Positions 37,152-49,699 of a stretch of 64,000 bases of DNA are shown here, piece by piece. The number at the start of each line of letters is the position of its first letter. Position 1 is the first letter of the stretch. Under the pieces are notes generated by a model, which worked only from the letters and a program-made list of their open reading frames with translations, made no database searches and had not been told where the DNA came from. Source of the stretch: Iphione sp. A-MEVVRFRX5 (taxonomy: Eukaryota); the NCBI GenBank assembly GCA_976226885.1, contig OZ320314.1:110360001-110424000 (forward strand). Reading direction: 5' to 3'. Both the position numbers and the translations under genes were made by a program.

Positions 37152-38106
37152 CTACTTCCTTCTGCATGTTGCCAACACTTGCCTCCGCTCCGAGTGGAAT
37201 GAGGCAGAATGCCACAAGGCCATACAGCTGCGCTCTCCTGTCATGCATAATCCAACCTGGCATGCAGGGTGTTGGCAGAGCCATTTGGTTTTGTGTTCCT
37301 GACCATGTAACACAAAGCAGACCTTGCAATTTCGTCGTTTGTCTGTCATGATGGGAATGTGCCTGCTCACATACATCTCATCACTGTACGTTATCGAAGG
37401 GCCAGACCCCTGAGGAATATCCTCAGAGGCCGCAAGTGAAACAAGTTGACGGATAAGCTCTTCACGAAAACAGAGATGTGAATAGTCCAGGGGTCGTTGT
37501 AGCATTGGTTCATTGGGATGACTAGCACGCCATTCTCTGAAGAGGATGTGTGAGTTGAGAATGCTGATGTCCAGTAAATGGAAAAACAGGGTTTTCCACC
37601 ATCTCTGTGATTTAATCAATACGGAGTAGGGTTCTAGCAACTGGTCTGACAGGTCTACGCCCCCCATTCCTTTGTTATATTCAAAAATGGCCTGGGGCTT
37701 TCATACCATAATCTTCCTGTTTTGACCATTGGGGTCCTTGATGTTTCGATGCACCATGGTATATTCATGCCCAGCATGAAATGTGCTCACAGCGCAAACT
37801 GGCTTCGTATCCATCCATTGGAGGAAGAGCACTTCTCCTTCCCTTACATAACGCATGGCACCTCTCCGTGCTGTTTTCTGCCAGACTTTATCCTTCATCA
37901 CCACAGGGAACCCTCTTCTGGTAGCGAGTGTTGTCCCACACATGAGGATACCCTTCCGGTACATATCTCTCAGAAGAACTGCAGAAGTGTAGAAATTATC
38001 GGTGAAGAGCTTGTATCCTTGATTGACCAATGGTTGTAATAGTTGGTTGACCACATCAAATGCTAGTCCTTGGGCTCCTGGTTTATCTCGTTTCCCTTTG
38101 TAGATG
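37152..38106 (-). CDS. piggyBac transposase exon 5 (second and third catalytic Asp, Cys-rich tail), interrupted by TGA
   Basis: Acceptor TTTGCAG|; (D)IYKGK...; ORF-track ORFs 37701..38054 and 37152..37667 are in the same frame, separated by one TGA and 11 sense codons. Confidence 0.92.
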
Positions 38107-38249
38107 CTGCAAATTAGAAGGGACGATACCTATAACTAATGGTACTCAATTATTTGTGACTCAGCAAAAAGACATATCAAACACAGACACAAAGAGTGTA
38201 ATACAGAAGACCAATTCAATTTTGTAAAACAGTGATAAATTTGACTTAC

Positions 38250-38522
38250 TCAAAGTCTATGGTGTAACCTGAAGTGGATTCACTTAGGCACCATAACTTG
38301 AAGCCGAATCGGACTGGTTTATTTGGCATGAATTGTCTCAGACCAGATCGCCCCTTTGACTTGACCATTCTCTCGTCAACTGAGACTTTTCTGGTTGGTT
38401 GCAGGAGACATTTGGACATGGCCCTGACATGATGCCATAACGGGTACAGCTTGCTGAGTTTGTCATCTGGTGTGTCCATTCCGGGATCAGATACATGCAT
38501 CATTCCAAGGAGCGCCTTGAAT
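38250..38522 (-). CDS. piggyBac transposase exon 4 (first catalytic Asp)
   Basis: Acceptor ATCCAG|; (R)FKALLGMMHV...DKLSKL...VSVDERMVKSKGRSGLRQFMPNKPVRFGFKLW...GYTIDF; donor |GTAAGT. Confidence 0.92.
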
Positions 38523-38690
38523 CTGGATCACAATATTACAGTTCTTTGCATTATTCAACTCAGTAGAATAATTGGGCATTTATGTGTTGATGGACTTTTC
38601 ATGATTCGCTTTCTGAATAAACATTTTTTCATAAATACAAATCACCATTAGTAATGTGTGCTATTTTACACCTCACTCATATGAACTCAC

Positions 38691-38920
38691 CTGGTCCTTG
38701 ACATCAGCCGTTTGACCAGGCCTCCTGAATACATGTCGCACGTTGCCCAGTACCTCAAAATCGTGGGTATGCAGATAATCCCCATAATGATGACAATTGT
38801 GAGGAAGCAGTACATTTCCCTTGGAGTGACTTCTTGCCATGAACCGTCATTGGTGATGGCATACGAGGGCTTCTCCGATATATTGATCATGGCATAAGTG
38901 TTTGTATTGTCACATAAAGT
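38691..38920 (-). CDS. piggyBac transposase exon 3
   Basis: Acceptor TTTTTTTCAG|; TLCDNTNTYA...WQEVTPREMYCFLTIVIIMGII...YW...LMSRT; donor |GTGAGT. Confidence 0.9.
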
Positions 38921-39059
38921 CTGAAAAAAAAATGTCCTATGTAGAATGCAACACTCTTATGTAACACTCAATGGAAGTCCTCCTGTATAAAGGTATGGGA
39001 GTGATAAGATTCACACAACAGAATTGCAAGCACAGACGAAAAAACACAATTCCTCTTAC

Positions 39060-39225
39060 TTGTATCATGTCTGGATTGAAGAACAACCCAAATACATCCA
39101 CTGCCTTGGAGAACATGCTAGGCCCCTGCCTGGTGCCATGGTTTGCTAGATAAGGCCCAGGCGGTCGTTCTGGCTTGAATGGTGCAGTCGATGGTGGACT
39201 ATCCTTATCTTGGTATGTTTTGTAC
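39060..39225 (-). CDS. piggyBac transposase exon 2
   Basis: Acceptor CATAG|; translates (R)YKTYQDKDSPPSTAPFKPERPPGP...AVDVFGLFFNPDMIQ; donor |GTAAGA. Not in the ORF track. Confidence 0.85.
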
Positions 39226-39312
39226 CTATGATTTATGGAAAATCAATGAAAGGCATTTAGTACACATCACAACAACAGCATAAAGTGCATTACTGCATAC
39301 GTTACTACTGTG

Positions 39313-39389
39313 GGATACGTGGCGTAATGGTTAGGATGCTTGACTTTTACACTAGGGCCCGGGGTTCGCGTCCGGCTCGTACCTTTTTT
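39313..39389 (+). ncRNA. tRNA-like (tRNA-Gln-like, degenerate) Pol III unit inside transposase intron 1
   Basis: 71 nt from GGATACG to CGTACC, with A box TGGCGTAATGG, near-consensus B box GGTTCGCGTCC and a T6 run immediately after. Anticodon and T stems pair poorly, so it is not a canonical tRNA. Confidence 0.6.
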
Positions 39390-39521
39390 CTTTTTGAGGG
39401 TGGGAATGTGTATAACATATTTCTGACAATAATCTTAGTAATGGCTTATGTAAACATCAAAAACAGCAACAAATGTTTTCCATTCTATTATGAATAATGG
39501 ATTTTCTCATCAAATCTCTAC

Positions 39522-39739
39522 CTGACATTTCCTGCTCCAGGCGGATCTTTCAATTTGACATACATTTCGTCACTGTCTTCGTCCGACGGGGGTCCAGTTG
39601 CACATAATTCTTCATCAAGTCTGTCTTCTTCCTCTGCTGATAAGATGTCTTCATCTATTCTTACCAAATTTGTCACTCCAAACCCCTTTGCAATTAATTC
39701 TCTGGCTTTCTCAGCCGATGAACGTTTAGGGCGGGACAT
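39522..39739 (-). CDS. piggyBac transposase exon 1 (acidic N-terminus)
   Basis: MSRPKRSSAEKARELI...; donor AG|GTAGAG at 39521, phase 2. Confidence 0.8.
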
Positions 39740-42700
39740 ACTGACGTCTCCAGCGTCACGCAGTGGCAGGTTGTTGAGATACCAGTGTGCAACTCTCGTT
39801 CATTGTATTATGAATTAATTAATTATTATTATTTTTATATAACTTCCCTTTACATGTCTCATAAAATCACTTTCAAATATAACTCAAGCCTTTTTTCGGA
39901 TTTAAAATATGATTTATTATGCATACACAACCGTAAGCTTATCGAACATATATGTCCGATAAGCCTATGGACGGACCTTAAGGGGTTAACATCCCTCCAA
40001 AATATATGAGAATATTGAAGACCCATTCACAAACAAATATTCCAAAGCCTAATACTTAGACTTATATCTAGCTTAAATGGAAAAATGTTTTGACAAATAA
40101 AACATTACATGTATATCATCAATAATCATTTATACACAGGTGTACTAAAATCCTGACGCACTATCATCATCCACTTTAGGACATTTCAGAAATCTAATAG
40201 GATAACTACAATGATACACTTATACAATGTCTTTATGGAAGTGGTATTTTTTATACATTTTCGTCTCGGAGAGGATAAAGGAAGTGTATTGTTTTTCTTC
40301 AGAGCAAGAGGTTCCCATGGTTTAAGCGGCAAATGGGCTTTACGCATTCAATTCATGACCACATTGACATTATGGATAGGTCAAATTACATTAATTTCAC
40401 TCGTCCATCTACAATAAAGCATTTCATTCTACATGGCGTGTACTGTATAAGTAATCCATATCGTGCAAACATAAACCAGAATTCAATGTTTTTCTGTACA
40501 GAATATGCGTATCATTCAACCACTGACGAATATGAAACGTGGCCAAGAGGGACACATGAATGTATGGACAATACAGGGCAGAAATACGCTGAATCAGGTT
40601 AGATCGGTTGGTTTAAGGCAGGCCTGCTCCTACATTAGTACAGCCTGTCTCTTTCCCGATAGATCTGTGTAAAATTGTCACAAAGGCAAATTGTGTCATT
40701 TTTAAAGAAATCCCTATAAACCTTTTAGGAAGCTAGACATCATCTGCCTCTACAGGGAAACGAATGCAAACGTGAAAGCAGTTCACGCATCCGCAGATGA
40801 ATAGAATATGCACACGCCGAGGTTCCATCAAATATAAACATAAACATAAACCTAGGAGCAGAAAAAGTAACACTGAAAACGACCTTTAACCTTATGCACT
40901 TCTTTGCGTTGAAATGTAATATATTATTGACCGCCATTTCCTCAATTTACTAAATCATATCTATAGCAATTGTCTGATATAAGCCACATAAAAAAAACGA
41001 ACTACATGTGTGGTATCCGATGGTGGTTAAAAATATCATCATTCCCGGAGGGTGTTCTGCTCACTGGAAGGTCGGGGGAGCAGCTCAGGGGAGACGGCGG
41101 ATCAAAGGCCTCCTATTCTAGCGGCTGATAGATGCTCAATGTTCCTGGTTGGATGCCTGCAATAGAACCTGTAACTGGATTAGCTGCGAATGAGCAGAAT
41201 GGCTTTGGAAAGTGAGGGGCGAGCTACTCGATCTCGACCTGCTCGGCCGGGCAGGAGCGAGCGAGAATGGCTGCGGTAGACAGAGCAGCTGGCCCGGGAA
41301 AGGTCATCTACTCAACGGGAGGTCCTAGCGGCGGGACTGAAAGCCGATAGCGGGACACGGAGACACTCTCTCGCAGGGTTAACCCCTGTAGGTAGGCTTC
41401 CCTTTTGACGCTCTGGGCATGGTCGGACGTCAGAGTGTTGGGAATGGAGCAATATCTCTGTTGACTCAATGAGCGCTATGTTACTCGACGTCAGCACGTC
41501 ACAGAAAGGCGCCATTCTCCACGGTTCTATTATTCTCTGACAGTGGGCGCTTACGTTCCTCTAAAACGTCCAGTCGCCAGATATATGCAATGCAGTAGGC
41601 TAAATGTCGTTTTCTGGTACTGATAATGTTTAAATGGAATATATTGCCAATTACACTGACAGCCAGAAATCCTTAGTGAGGCATTGGTTCTCCTGGAATG
41701 CTTGTATATCGTATGTATTGTTTACATTTATCAGAAGTTCCATACAGAACAGAGCATATTATGATTAACTATGGGTTATATTTGTGTTGCAATTATCATT
41801 ATTCTGCATGTTATTTTACGAAGGTCTTAACGTACATGTAATTATATGTGCTCCTGTATTACGTATAATGGCGGTAAAGCAGCGGTGTGGTATGGACACT
41901 GCTTTCATTTTGTTAAGAGCATGCCACACTTTCTGGCGTGAGATGCATGCATCACTACTGTCTATATGGTGTTATGTTTTAACAGAACTCGCCCATGGTT
42001 ATAAAACGCCGCCCTAGCCCACGATTCCGTGTAGTTATACCTCTGCATACATACATACTTTTCGCGGAAGCAAGTTCATGGCATAAACGGTAAATGTTCG
42101 AATTGCCTCGCTCACCTGACGAAGCCTCGCGGTCCATGACGTGCCTTAAATGACAGCCTTCCAACTCCCCACCACCAACCCATCCTCCTTCCACCTAGAA
42201 TCTATCTGTCGAACATGTGACACTGTTTTCACATAACTGCTGTCAATGTTAATGGTGAGGATGGGACGCGGAAGTGGCTGGCAACTGCCTGTGCGTGAGA
42301 GAATGAATAGTAGATGGTGGCGAGGTCAGCAGTCGACCTCCATCGATCTGTGGCAGGCAACTGGCTGCCGGAATATTAAACAGTTTAAATCTCCCCATCA
42401 ACCAAGTGCACCCGCTGTGGACACTGAGGAAACGCCACCCGTCCCTTCAAATATTGTGTCACATGTAAGATCTCCGTCTTTTTTTTTGTCATAGCCATTG
42501 GGTCTGCCTGGCTTCATTATAAACATGGCTGCCATCGTTCATCTCCGAGGAAAGCGGGTAGGATGATTTTAATTAAAATATCCGGGACCTTCTATGACTA
42601 TTGAGAAACAAAATAGAGGAATTGAGAAGGAGGTGTGAAAAAAATATGATTGCAATATTAAATGAAACGGACCATTAGGTAGCAGGTTTAGAATTTTTTA

Positions 42701-45700
42701 TTTCTTTGCAAAGATCATTACATTATTGCATTTAGAAAAAAAATATCTAATCAGCATGAATCCAGTAGGAAAAGACATTAAATTGAATAAAAGAATAGAG
42801 GAGAAAAAATTGACAGCAAGGATGGAAGTGATGCGTAATTGAAACCTGCAACTACAGTAGTATGACTTGCGATAATTACGACAAAAACTCAATTTGCACA
42901 CGAACCTTCGACTGTCGTCGTCGGTGCACATCGCACTTTCTACTGCCTCTCACGTTGTGTGACTGCCCTTAGGGGGAACAGAACTTGATCGTGGTGAAAG
43001 GAACCAAGCTTCACTTTACTCTACCCGGGATATGGGCCAAGTTGCCGCCCGACCAGATGTGTGCTCATTATATGAACCTTTGTAAGTAGCTTCATCCTCA
43101 AGATACTATGACTGACCTTTGCCCTCATTCGCGTGAATTTGTATTGTTAAGCCCAGTTTTCAAGATTTTCTCTTTTTTATGCATGACATTCGGAAAGATT
43201 GCAAACAGATATATTATAATTCCATATAATACATATATAATACCGTTAAAGGGTTGCCTTCCATTAAACCATGCATGGTGAGAAAATACTGTTCACATCA
43301 CCTTTATTTATTGACCTAAGTTTTCAAGGAAAATTTCCAGTGCAAGGAGATGTGATTTATAACTTTACACAATGAGTGGTGTTGATCGACTCTGGACACA
43401 TCTAAACCATATTGGGTAGTACTGTAGGACCCTTACGGAATTTAACCACACACTTTCTACTGCCGTCTGCAGCAAATAAAAATTCCTGGCACAACGCCCC
43501 TTGTGACCACTTATGGTCAAAACCATAGCAATTGTCGTATCTCAATCTTCCCTAGACCTACCAAGAATGCGTCAAGACAGAGATGTGTCAGGTTAGGGGG
43601 AAAGAAGGCTAACAGTAACACAGATGCTTATAGGAATAGTGGATTATGAGCCCAGTTAAATGAGATAAGGGGATGGGTTTTTTTCGACTCGCAAAACCCT
43701 TTTTGCGCAACTATGATCACAAACAGAAAGTCAAAAAATTCCTACATTGCAACTAATATTCACGTCTCTAGGAGCCAGAGAGTTCCCAATTCTCAGGTGG
43801 GTTTCGCTGTATTTATATAAGCCTTCCATATTCATTGGCTGTTTTCATAAACCAAGCTTGTCATGATCTGTTCCTATAGTCAATGTACAACTTGAGATGG
43901 TAATAAAAAAAAGGTTTATTCGCAAATTGTCAGGAGATAAATTGACTACAGGTTCTAAATGGCAGCAATCATGAAATACAGAAGAATGCCTGGCCCGATC
44001 TGTTCAGAATCGAATTCTGTGCATAAGTCAATCTATGTTATGAAATGCCATAATACAACTGGACCATAAAGCGACCAAATCACCCTAGGGCTAACATGTC
44101 TTCCAGACAAGTCGATGTGATTTCAATACCACAATATGCAGGTTTTGTCACAGATGTCTATCCCTTTTGCTAACACCTCAGAAAACCAACCTGTGACCAC
44201 ACATTTTACAAATTCATATTATTTTCAATGTCACATAGCAAAGACATTGTCTCGCGTGTCCATGCCTTTCGATCAAGCCTCAAAGCTCAAATTTCCCCAA
44301 ACCTTTTATAGTAGTTACCTGCAACATATGCATCGTTGCAAGAGTGATGGTTTCACCTTTGATATACCACAATGCTACCAGAACCAATGTGACAACATCG
44401 GAAATGCACTGAATATCGCACGGCAGCACTCAAATGTATGTGTATTCTGATCCTTATGATTGACCCGATCATGAAAGAACAACTCCTATCAGTCAGCAAT
44501 GGTCACATGATGAAGTCAAGCCTGCACAACCTAACGTTGGTCTTATCTTCAATCAATGACTGTTCAGACTATAAAATAATTTCTTGACGTACATGTATTA
44601 CCTTTTACGTATTCGTGTATTGTGACACTACATAAGTGTCCTCCTCGTGCATAGTATAAAAATAAGGCATTCAGATAGAAATCAAGTGAATAAATAAAAT
44701 CAAGTGAGTTGAATATAGTGTCACTTAGCTTTATAGATAGACACTGATGCTGATCGAAAATCGTCAAAACAAGGTCATGTCTATTTAGTGCTGTAGCATT
44801 GGTAAACCTTAAATGATGCTGAATTTGGAAAAAGTCGCCTTTATTACGGGCTATGTTCCCTTAATGTGCGGTCCGGAAATCGAGATAACAGTTACAAAAC
44901 ACTGTATTTCTTCAACCGACTTTCGTAGAATCCTGTCTTCTGTTGTCTTCCACACACTGGATATCCAGGTGGATGTATTTACTGGATATGTTCCGCCAAA
45001 GTAACATTTTGGATAATATACATTATAATATATCGAACCCGTAGAGGCACAGCGTAAACAGACGTTCACTCATCATCAGCTAGGCAGACCATTTGGAGAG
45101 ATAATTTTACGTTGGGTTAACTGAATTGCCTAAACCTTTGCTAAGGAAAACGATATCAGCTGAGCTACTCAAGACGCTCAAAACCAATCCCCCTAGAGGC
45201 GAAGATAAGAACTACAACGTATCACATCTCCTTGAACTCAGCGACTCTGCCGAAGAAGCCCTAGTCCAGCCTTTTAACTTTTCTTTCGGCTCCTTAGAAT
45301 TCACCGAAAGTCGGTCATCTAGTTCGAGCAGCAAACATGCATGTTGTAAGGATTCCAACGATAACGGTATTTCCTGGCAAAGGCGTATAAGAGAACGCCA
45401 TTAACGCCAATTATCGTCCAAAGGTTCCGTGAATATTACTAACATTACGAAATGCAGCAACAATACGGAGTTGCCCCTAATATCTATTCTGCTCGTCACG
45501 TAATAAAATCAGTTCTGGTACTAGGTTTCATTGGTGGAGCCATACCGGGGTTGTATAATAATGATGAGACGTAGAAACAAGCTGCCGCAGGAAACGCTTT
45601 ACTGCTTGCGCTCTCATCAAGGACCTGCCAACGACTGATTTTGGCCCTTTTATAGCCCGAGTAAGTCGCGTGACCTCTCTGACAGATCCGCCAGCTACAA

Positions 45701-46419
45701 GCGATACATAGGATATTACTGGAAGGCATGTTACAGTCGTCTAGCGCTACGAAATGCTGAGTTGTTCTCCTGTTTGTCATATCATTCCGGAGGTTCTCAT
45801 CCTCATTATGCAGAAAACTCTCCACAAAACGATCGCTCAAGCAAGCAAACAATTCAGTTGAGAGGTCATTTCTCCTGTAGGAGGCTCAGGTAGTCGACCG
45901 TACAGATCCCTTCGGTGGTCAGATTTGAGAGGTTTTGCCGCATCTACATAACGTAGAGACAGAATCATGGCAGATTTATCAAGTGAACATGTATCCACCG
46001 AAGCAAACCTCCAGTAATAGTGTTTAACCCTAGGCTGGACTCTTCCCTTACCTTTTCGCATACATTTTGTGGGCTTGAATATTGAGTTTGAGTTGCACAG
46101 GGTATGCACTTGAAGAGGGTTTGAGTGTGTGAATTATGAGTAGTAGAATGCGAGCGACCTTCAGGCTTAGTTTCAAGTCACGTGACAAAAGTTATGAGAG
46201 AGGTCAAGAGGTATAACATGACAGTCACAGGGGATAGATGACGTCAGGGCATAGCAGATCAACATCAGAATGAACAAACAATGTAGTACTACATAATGTA
46301 TACATGTATGCTGCTTTGCGGTTACGGGTTTTAATTTTACAGAGGAAGAGGTTCTGGAAATCATAGAGATGGTAAAGAGAGGAGAGAAAAGGAGGAAAGA
46401 AAAATCAGATGTTTTGTTT

Positions 46420-46800
46420 TAAACGTGCCGTGTTAGTTGTACACTCTCGTATGTCTGCATCGCATCTCCCACGTTGGCGTTCAAGACACCTTTGCAGCCA
46501 ATTTTGATCAACAGAGGGGTCGTATGCCTATTTTCTAACACGCATATCTTGCTTGTTAGGGCAATTATCCTGTCGCCCCTTGCTTCCTCTTTCATAATGC
46601 CTGGTACCCATCTGTCAAAAATCTCCTGTGTGCTATACAACACTTGCTCATGAACCACTTTGGGCTGTTAACATCATTACATTTTCCCAATGTGTCAGTC
46701 TCAAACTCTTTCTTGCCTTCCTCTGTCATTGCCTTGAGTAATGTCAGTTTTGAAATCACAATGTATGCACTGTCAATGTCCATTGTTATATATTCATCGT
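46420..46800 (-). mobile_element. Degenerate RTE-like LINE RT fragment (N-terminal RT region)
   Basis: QEIFDRWVPGIMKEEARGDRIIALTSKICVLENRHTTPLLIKIGCKGVLN aligns loosely with the IW...IPEEW.RGIIIPLPKKG....NYRGITLLS..GKVL consensus. Confidence 0.4.
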
Positions 46801-47541
46801 TATTTTTTCTATGTTGTCTAGATTGTGCTGGTCCTTCCGTGACTCTGGTTTGAACATCTTTGTCATCTTTTTCTTGTGGTACCTATCCATGTTGATGTCC
46901 TTCTGCTTCACTGTTTGGAACCAATGTTTACACACTGCACACATTAAGTGTTTCTTCATTTTGCATGTTGCAATATGCTTTGCTGTATTTGCCCTATATT
47001 AGTACATTTTCTTGCAATATGGCACATTTCCTTTTTTTCATCTTGTGATAAAATATAGTGACACACCTATGTAATTAACCATCCTGGAACCAACATTTTT
47101 CATTCGATAACTATTTCAGTATCACTACAATACTGTGCACATAAAAACAACTGTGTAATCCACTAATTACTGGGCATTTCGTGTGTGTGCTTGTGAATGA
47201 CTTGTTAGATTCAGCCACTGTCAACAGTCCATTGATTTCTGCTCGAGACTGTACCTGTAATTATATAAACGTTTTCTACACGTTACCGTGCATTGAACAA
47301 TAATCTCCCGCCCTATACCTCTATGTTGTTTGCATTTATATAGGTCTGCAAGATCACTCAAATTTAACAATATTTGACTACTTCACAGTGCATGGTCAAT
47401 ATTTACCTCTGTAAGAGGTCTGACCCTCCCTGCATTGCTGCTATACATGCCTCTCCTGTTACATCCTGAACCTGACTGTGTGTCCATGCCACCTTCTGTG
47501 TCTTGATTGTGCCATCCTGATGCTAGCTGTAATGGTGACGG

Positions 47542-47614
<73 letters not shown>

Positions 47615-47632
47615 GGTGGTGGTAGTGGTGGT
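47542..47632. repeat. Compound (GAT)n(GGT)n microsatellite
   Basis: Direct reading. Confidence 0.99.
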
Positions 47633-49199
47633 CTCGGTTGTGATGACTGATTGTAAGGACTACCCTTCATTTTTCTCTCATTGCCCGTCATGATATCACA
47701 TGCTCCTGTGTCTGATTGCTACAAAACACATGGTTATACAAATGGTCCGGCATTAATATTACTGCTTTCTATTTGCTTATTTGTCTTAGATATATATGGT
47801 GATTTATTGATTGCCAATCACTGCATATATACATGCCAATATCACAGTTTTCATCATTACATAAATTTACTTGTTATAATGTTTATATCAATTGTATACA
47901 AATATACTAGTACTACTCAGTTGCTGCAATAACCCTCCTTTGATTATTAAATTGTTGTAACTTATTTCCATGCATCCTGTTCATCTTACCCCTGACATTA
48001 CAATAAGTTCCTCACTATCAGCACTTCTCTCATTCCATCCAATTGATCTGACTGTCTTGACATTCATACTCACTGTCCTTACTTACATCTCCACTCTCTT
48101 CTTCATCTATGATGCCCTGACCTTCGCCAATCCCACTTTCTATACCTTCAATCCCCTCCATAAACTCATTAAGTGGTAATACCTGAAACCATGTGAATAT
48201 TATAATTATGTACCTTATTACCTTCTTCTTACGCTTTGCACATAATGTCTACTATTGTACTATAAATGAATGCTCACAATATACATTGTACTGGTTCTAT
48301 ATGGCTTGGACTATGTTAATCTTCTTTTATAATATGGTATGCTCCTTGTGCCCTTTACTGGTGTCTGCCAATATAGGTGGGACCCCACCCAAAATTAGAA
48401 CCATTGGGTGAACCATGGTTAGAAAATTTACATGCTGATATTTGAAGCATCTGCTAATACATTCCCCATTCATTGTCATCAAAATGGTGTTTTTATTCCT
48501 GTACAATTATCACTGGTGTTATCTAAGCCTGTGACTGACTTCTTGCTTGCCACAATATTCTATATGCATACAGAACCATTTATAAATAGTATGACTGAAT
48601 ATATATGTCAACATTTCATTGTCAGATTCATATACCAACGGTTTATATCCTATGTAGTTACTTTACTCTGTGTTTGCCATCTAGTGGTTACAATGATTAC
48701 ATTGATACATAATGCTCCCCTCTTCCTATTGCCATCGAGTGAGATTTGTGCTCTATTTCATATAGTAATCCTGATCCTTTTACTCATAAAATATATAATA
48801 TATAAATAATTATATGAGTATATGTCGCAAAGTGAACGATTGTTGTATGTTATTGTGTTGCTAAGTAACTGTGAGCTCAATTGATTCCATAACAACATAC
48901 GCTTGTTAATTTTTGAGTGTGCATGACGTACTTATGCGAGCAGCTCAAAAATGGAGAAATATTGCAGTAAATGTGAAGTAAAGCATATTTCACCAGTGGG
49001 GAAAAAGTGCAAGAGGACTCCTGGTGACGAGGATATAATAATATAATATTGTTCCATTTTTCAACTTACCTCTTCTTTGTTTAAATTCACGGACTCTTCC
49101 ATTTTCTTCTTTTTGAAGACCTTTTTACTTTCCTCAGCTTCTTCACTCTTCTTCAGTTCTGTCCAGCAATTCCATTCAGACTTTTTCATGAACCTGATT

Positions 49200-49630
49200 A
49201 TTATCCTTCTTTTACCCCTTGGTCCTCCTTCCATGGATTCAGTTCCCCTTTTCAATCATTTCATCTAATACTTGCCTCTTTGCCATCTCTTCCCCTACAC
49301 TTACTTTACTCTTTGTGCAACTGTTCAGGTGTCTGATCCCTTCTGAGTCATTGGCACTCTCTTTCTTGAGCACTTTCCTTCTCTTATAATTCGATACCTG
49401 AATTTTTTAACTGTAATACTTACTCATTCTCAATGTATATGTCAACGTCCCTCAAATCAATATAGCTATTTTCCTTTGTCCTATTGTCTTCCCATTATTT
49501 ACTGACAAGAATATACATATTTTTCGTGTTCTTCATTTCTTATCATACACCTTCATTAATCTCTCCCTCTTGACCACCTTACTAATACATTTATTCTCTC
49601 ATACTCACTATCCCCTTGGTTGTGACATTT
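49200..49630 (-). mobile_element. Degenerate RTE-like LINE RT fragment (post-YADD region)
   Basis: Minus-strand DDMIK...DSEYE...MKVYDKK...VKKFRY fragments; purine-rich LINE-like composition. Confidence 0.4.
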
Positions 49631-49699
49631 CTTAATCATGTCATCTTTGTCACATGACGTTGGCACATGACTTTGTTATGTGACCGGAAACTGAACTGG

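Larger units (their letters stand above)
37152..39739 (-). pseudogene. piggyBac (PGBD4-like, DDE_Tnp_1_7) transposase, 5 exons, 613 codons, one in-frame premature stop
   Basis: Exons 39739-39522, 39225-39060, 38920-38691, 38522-38250 and 38106-37152 all have GT-AG boundaries with matching phases and sum to 1842 nt. Catalytic motifs VSVDERM (D254), FTDNFYTS (D332) and GGVDLSDQ (D447) by my count. C-terminal Cys-rich domain CKVC...CQHPACQVGLC...C. A single TGA at 37703-37701 (codon 431, context IMV*KPQAIFEYNKGMGGVD). Confidence 0.93.
35575..39985 (-). mobile_element. Full-length piggyBac-superfamily DNA transposon (4411 bp)
   Basis: Perfect 15-bp TIRs CCCCTTAAGGTCCGT (35575-35589) and ACGGACCTTAAGGGG (39971-39985). 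TTAA on both sides (35571-35574, 39986-39989). Internal piggyBac transposase. The paralogous empty site ...CACTTTAACATCCC is present at ~34727-34740. Confidence 0.97.
35254..40219. repeat. Copy 2 of the ~555-bp duplication, split by the piggyBac insertion
   Basis: Left part 35254-35574 and right part 39990-40219 align end to end with 34410-34964 once the element and one TTAA are removed. Confidence 0.95.

Noticed and set aside
39313-39383. Functional tRNA gene (also 9815-9895 and 24498-24565)
   Set aside because: Anticodon and T stems do not pair adequately; reported as tRNA-like only.
40303-40598. Two plus-strand exon-like segments
   Set aside because: No recognisable protein motif and no consistent start or stop; probably chance splice-like sites.
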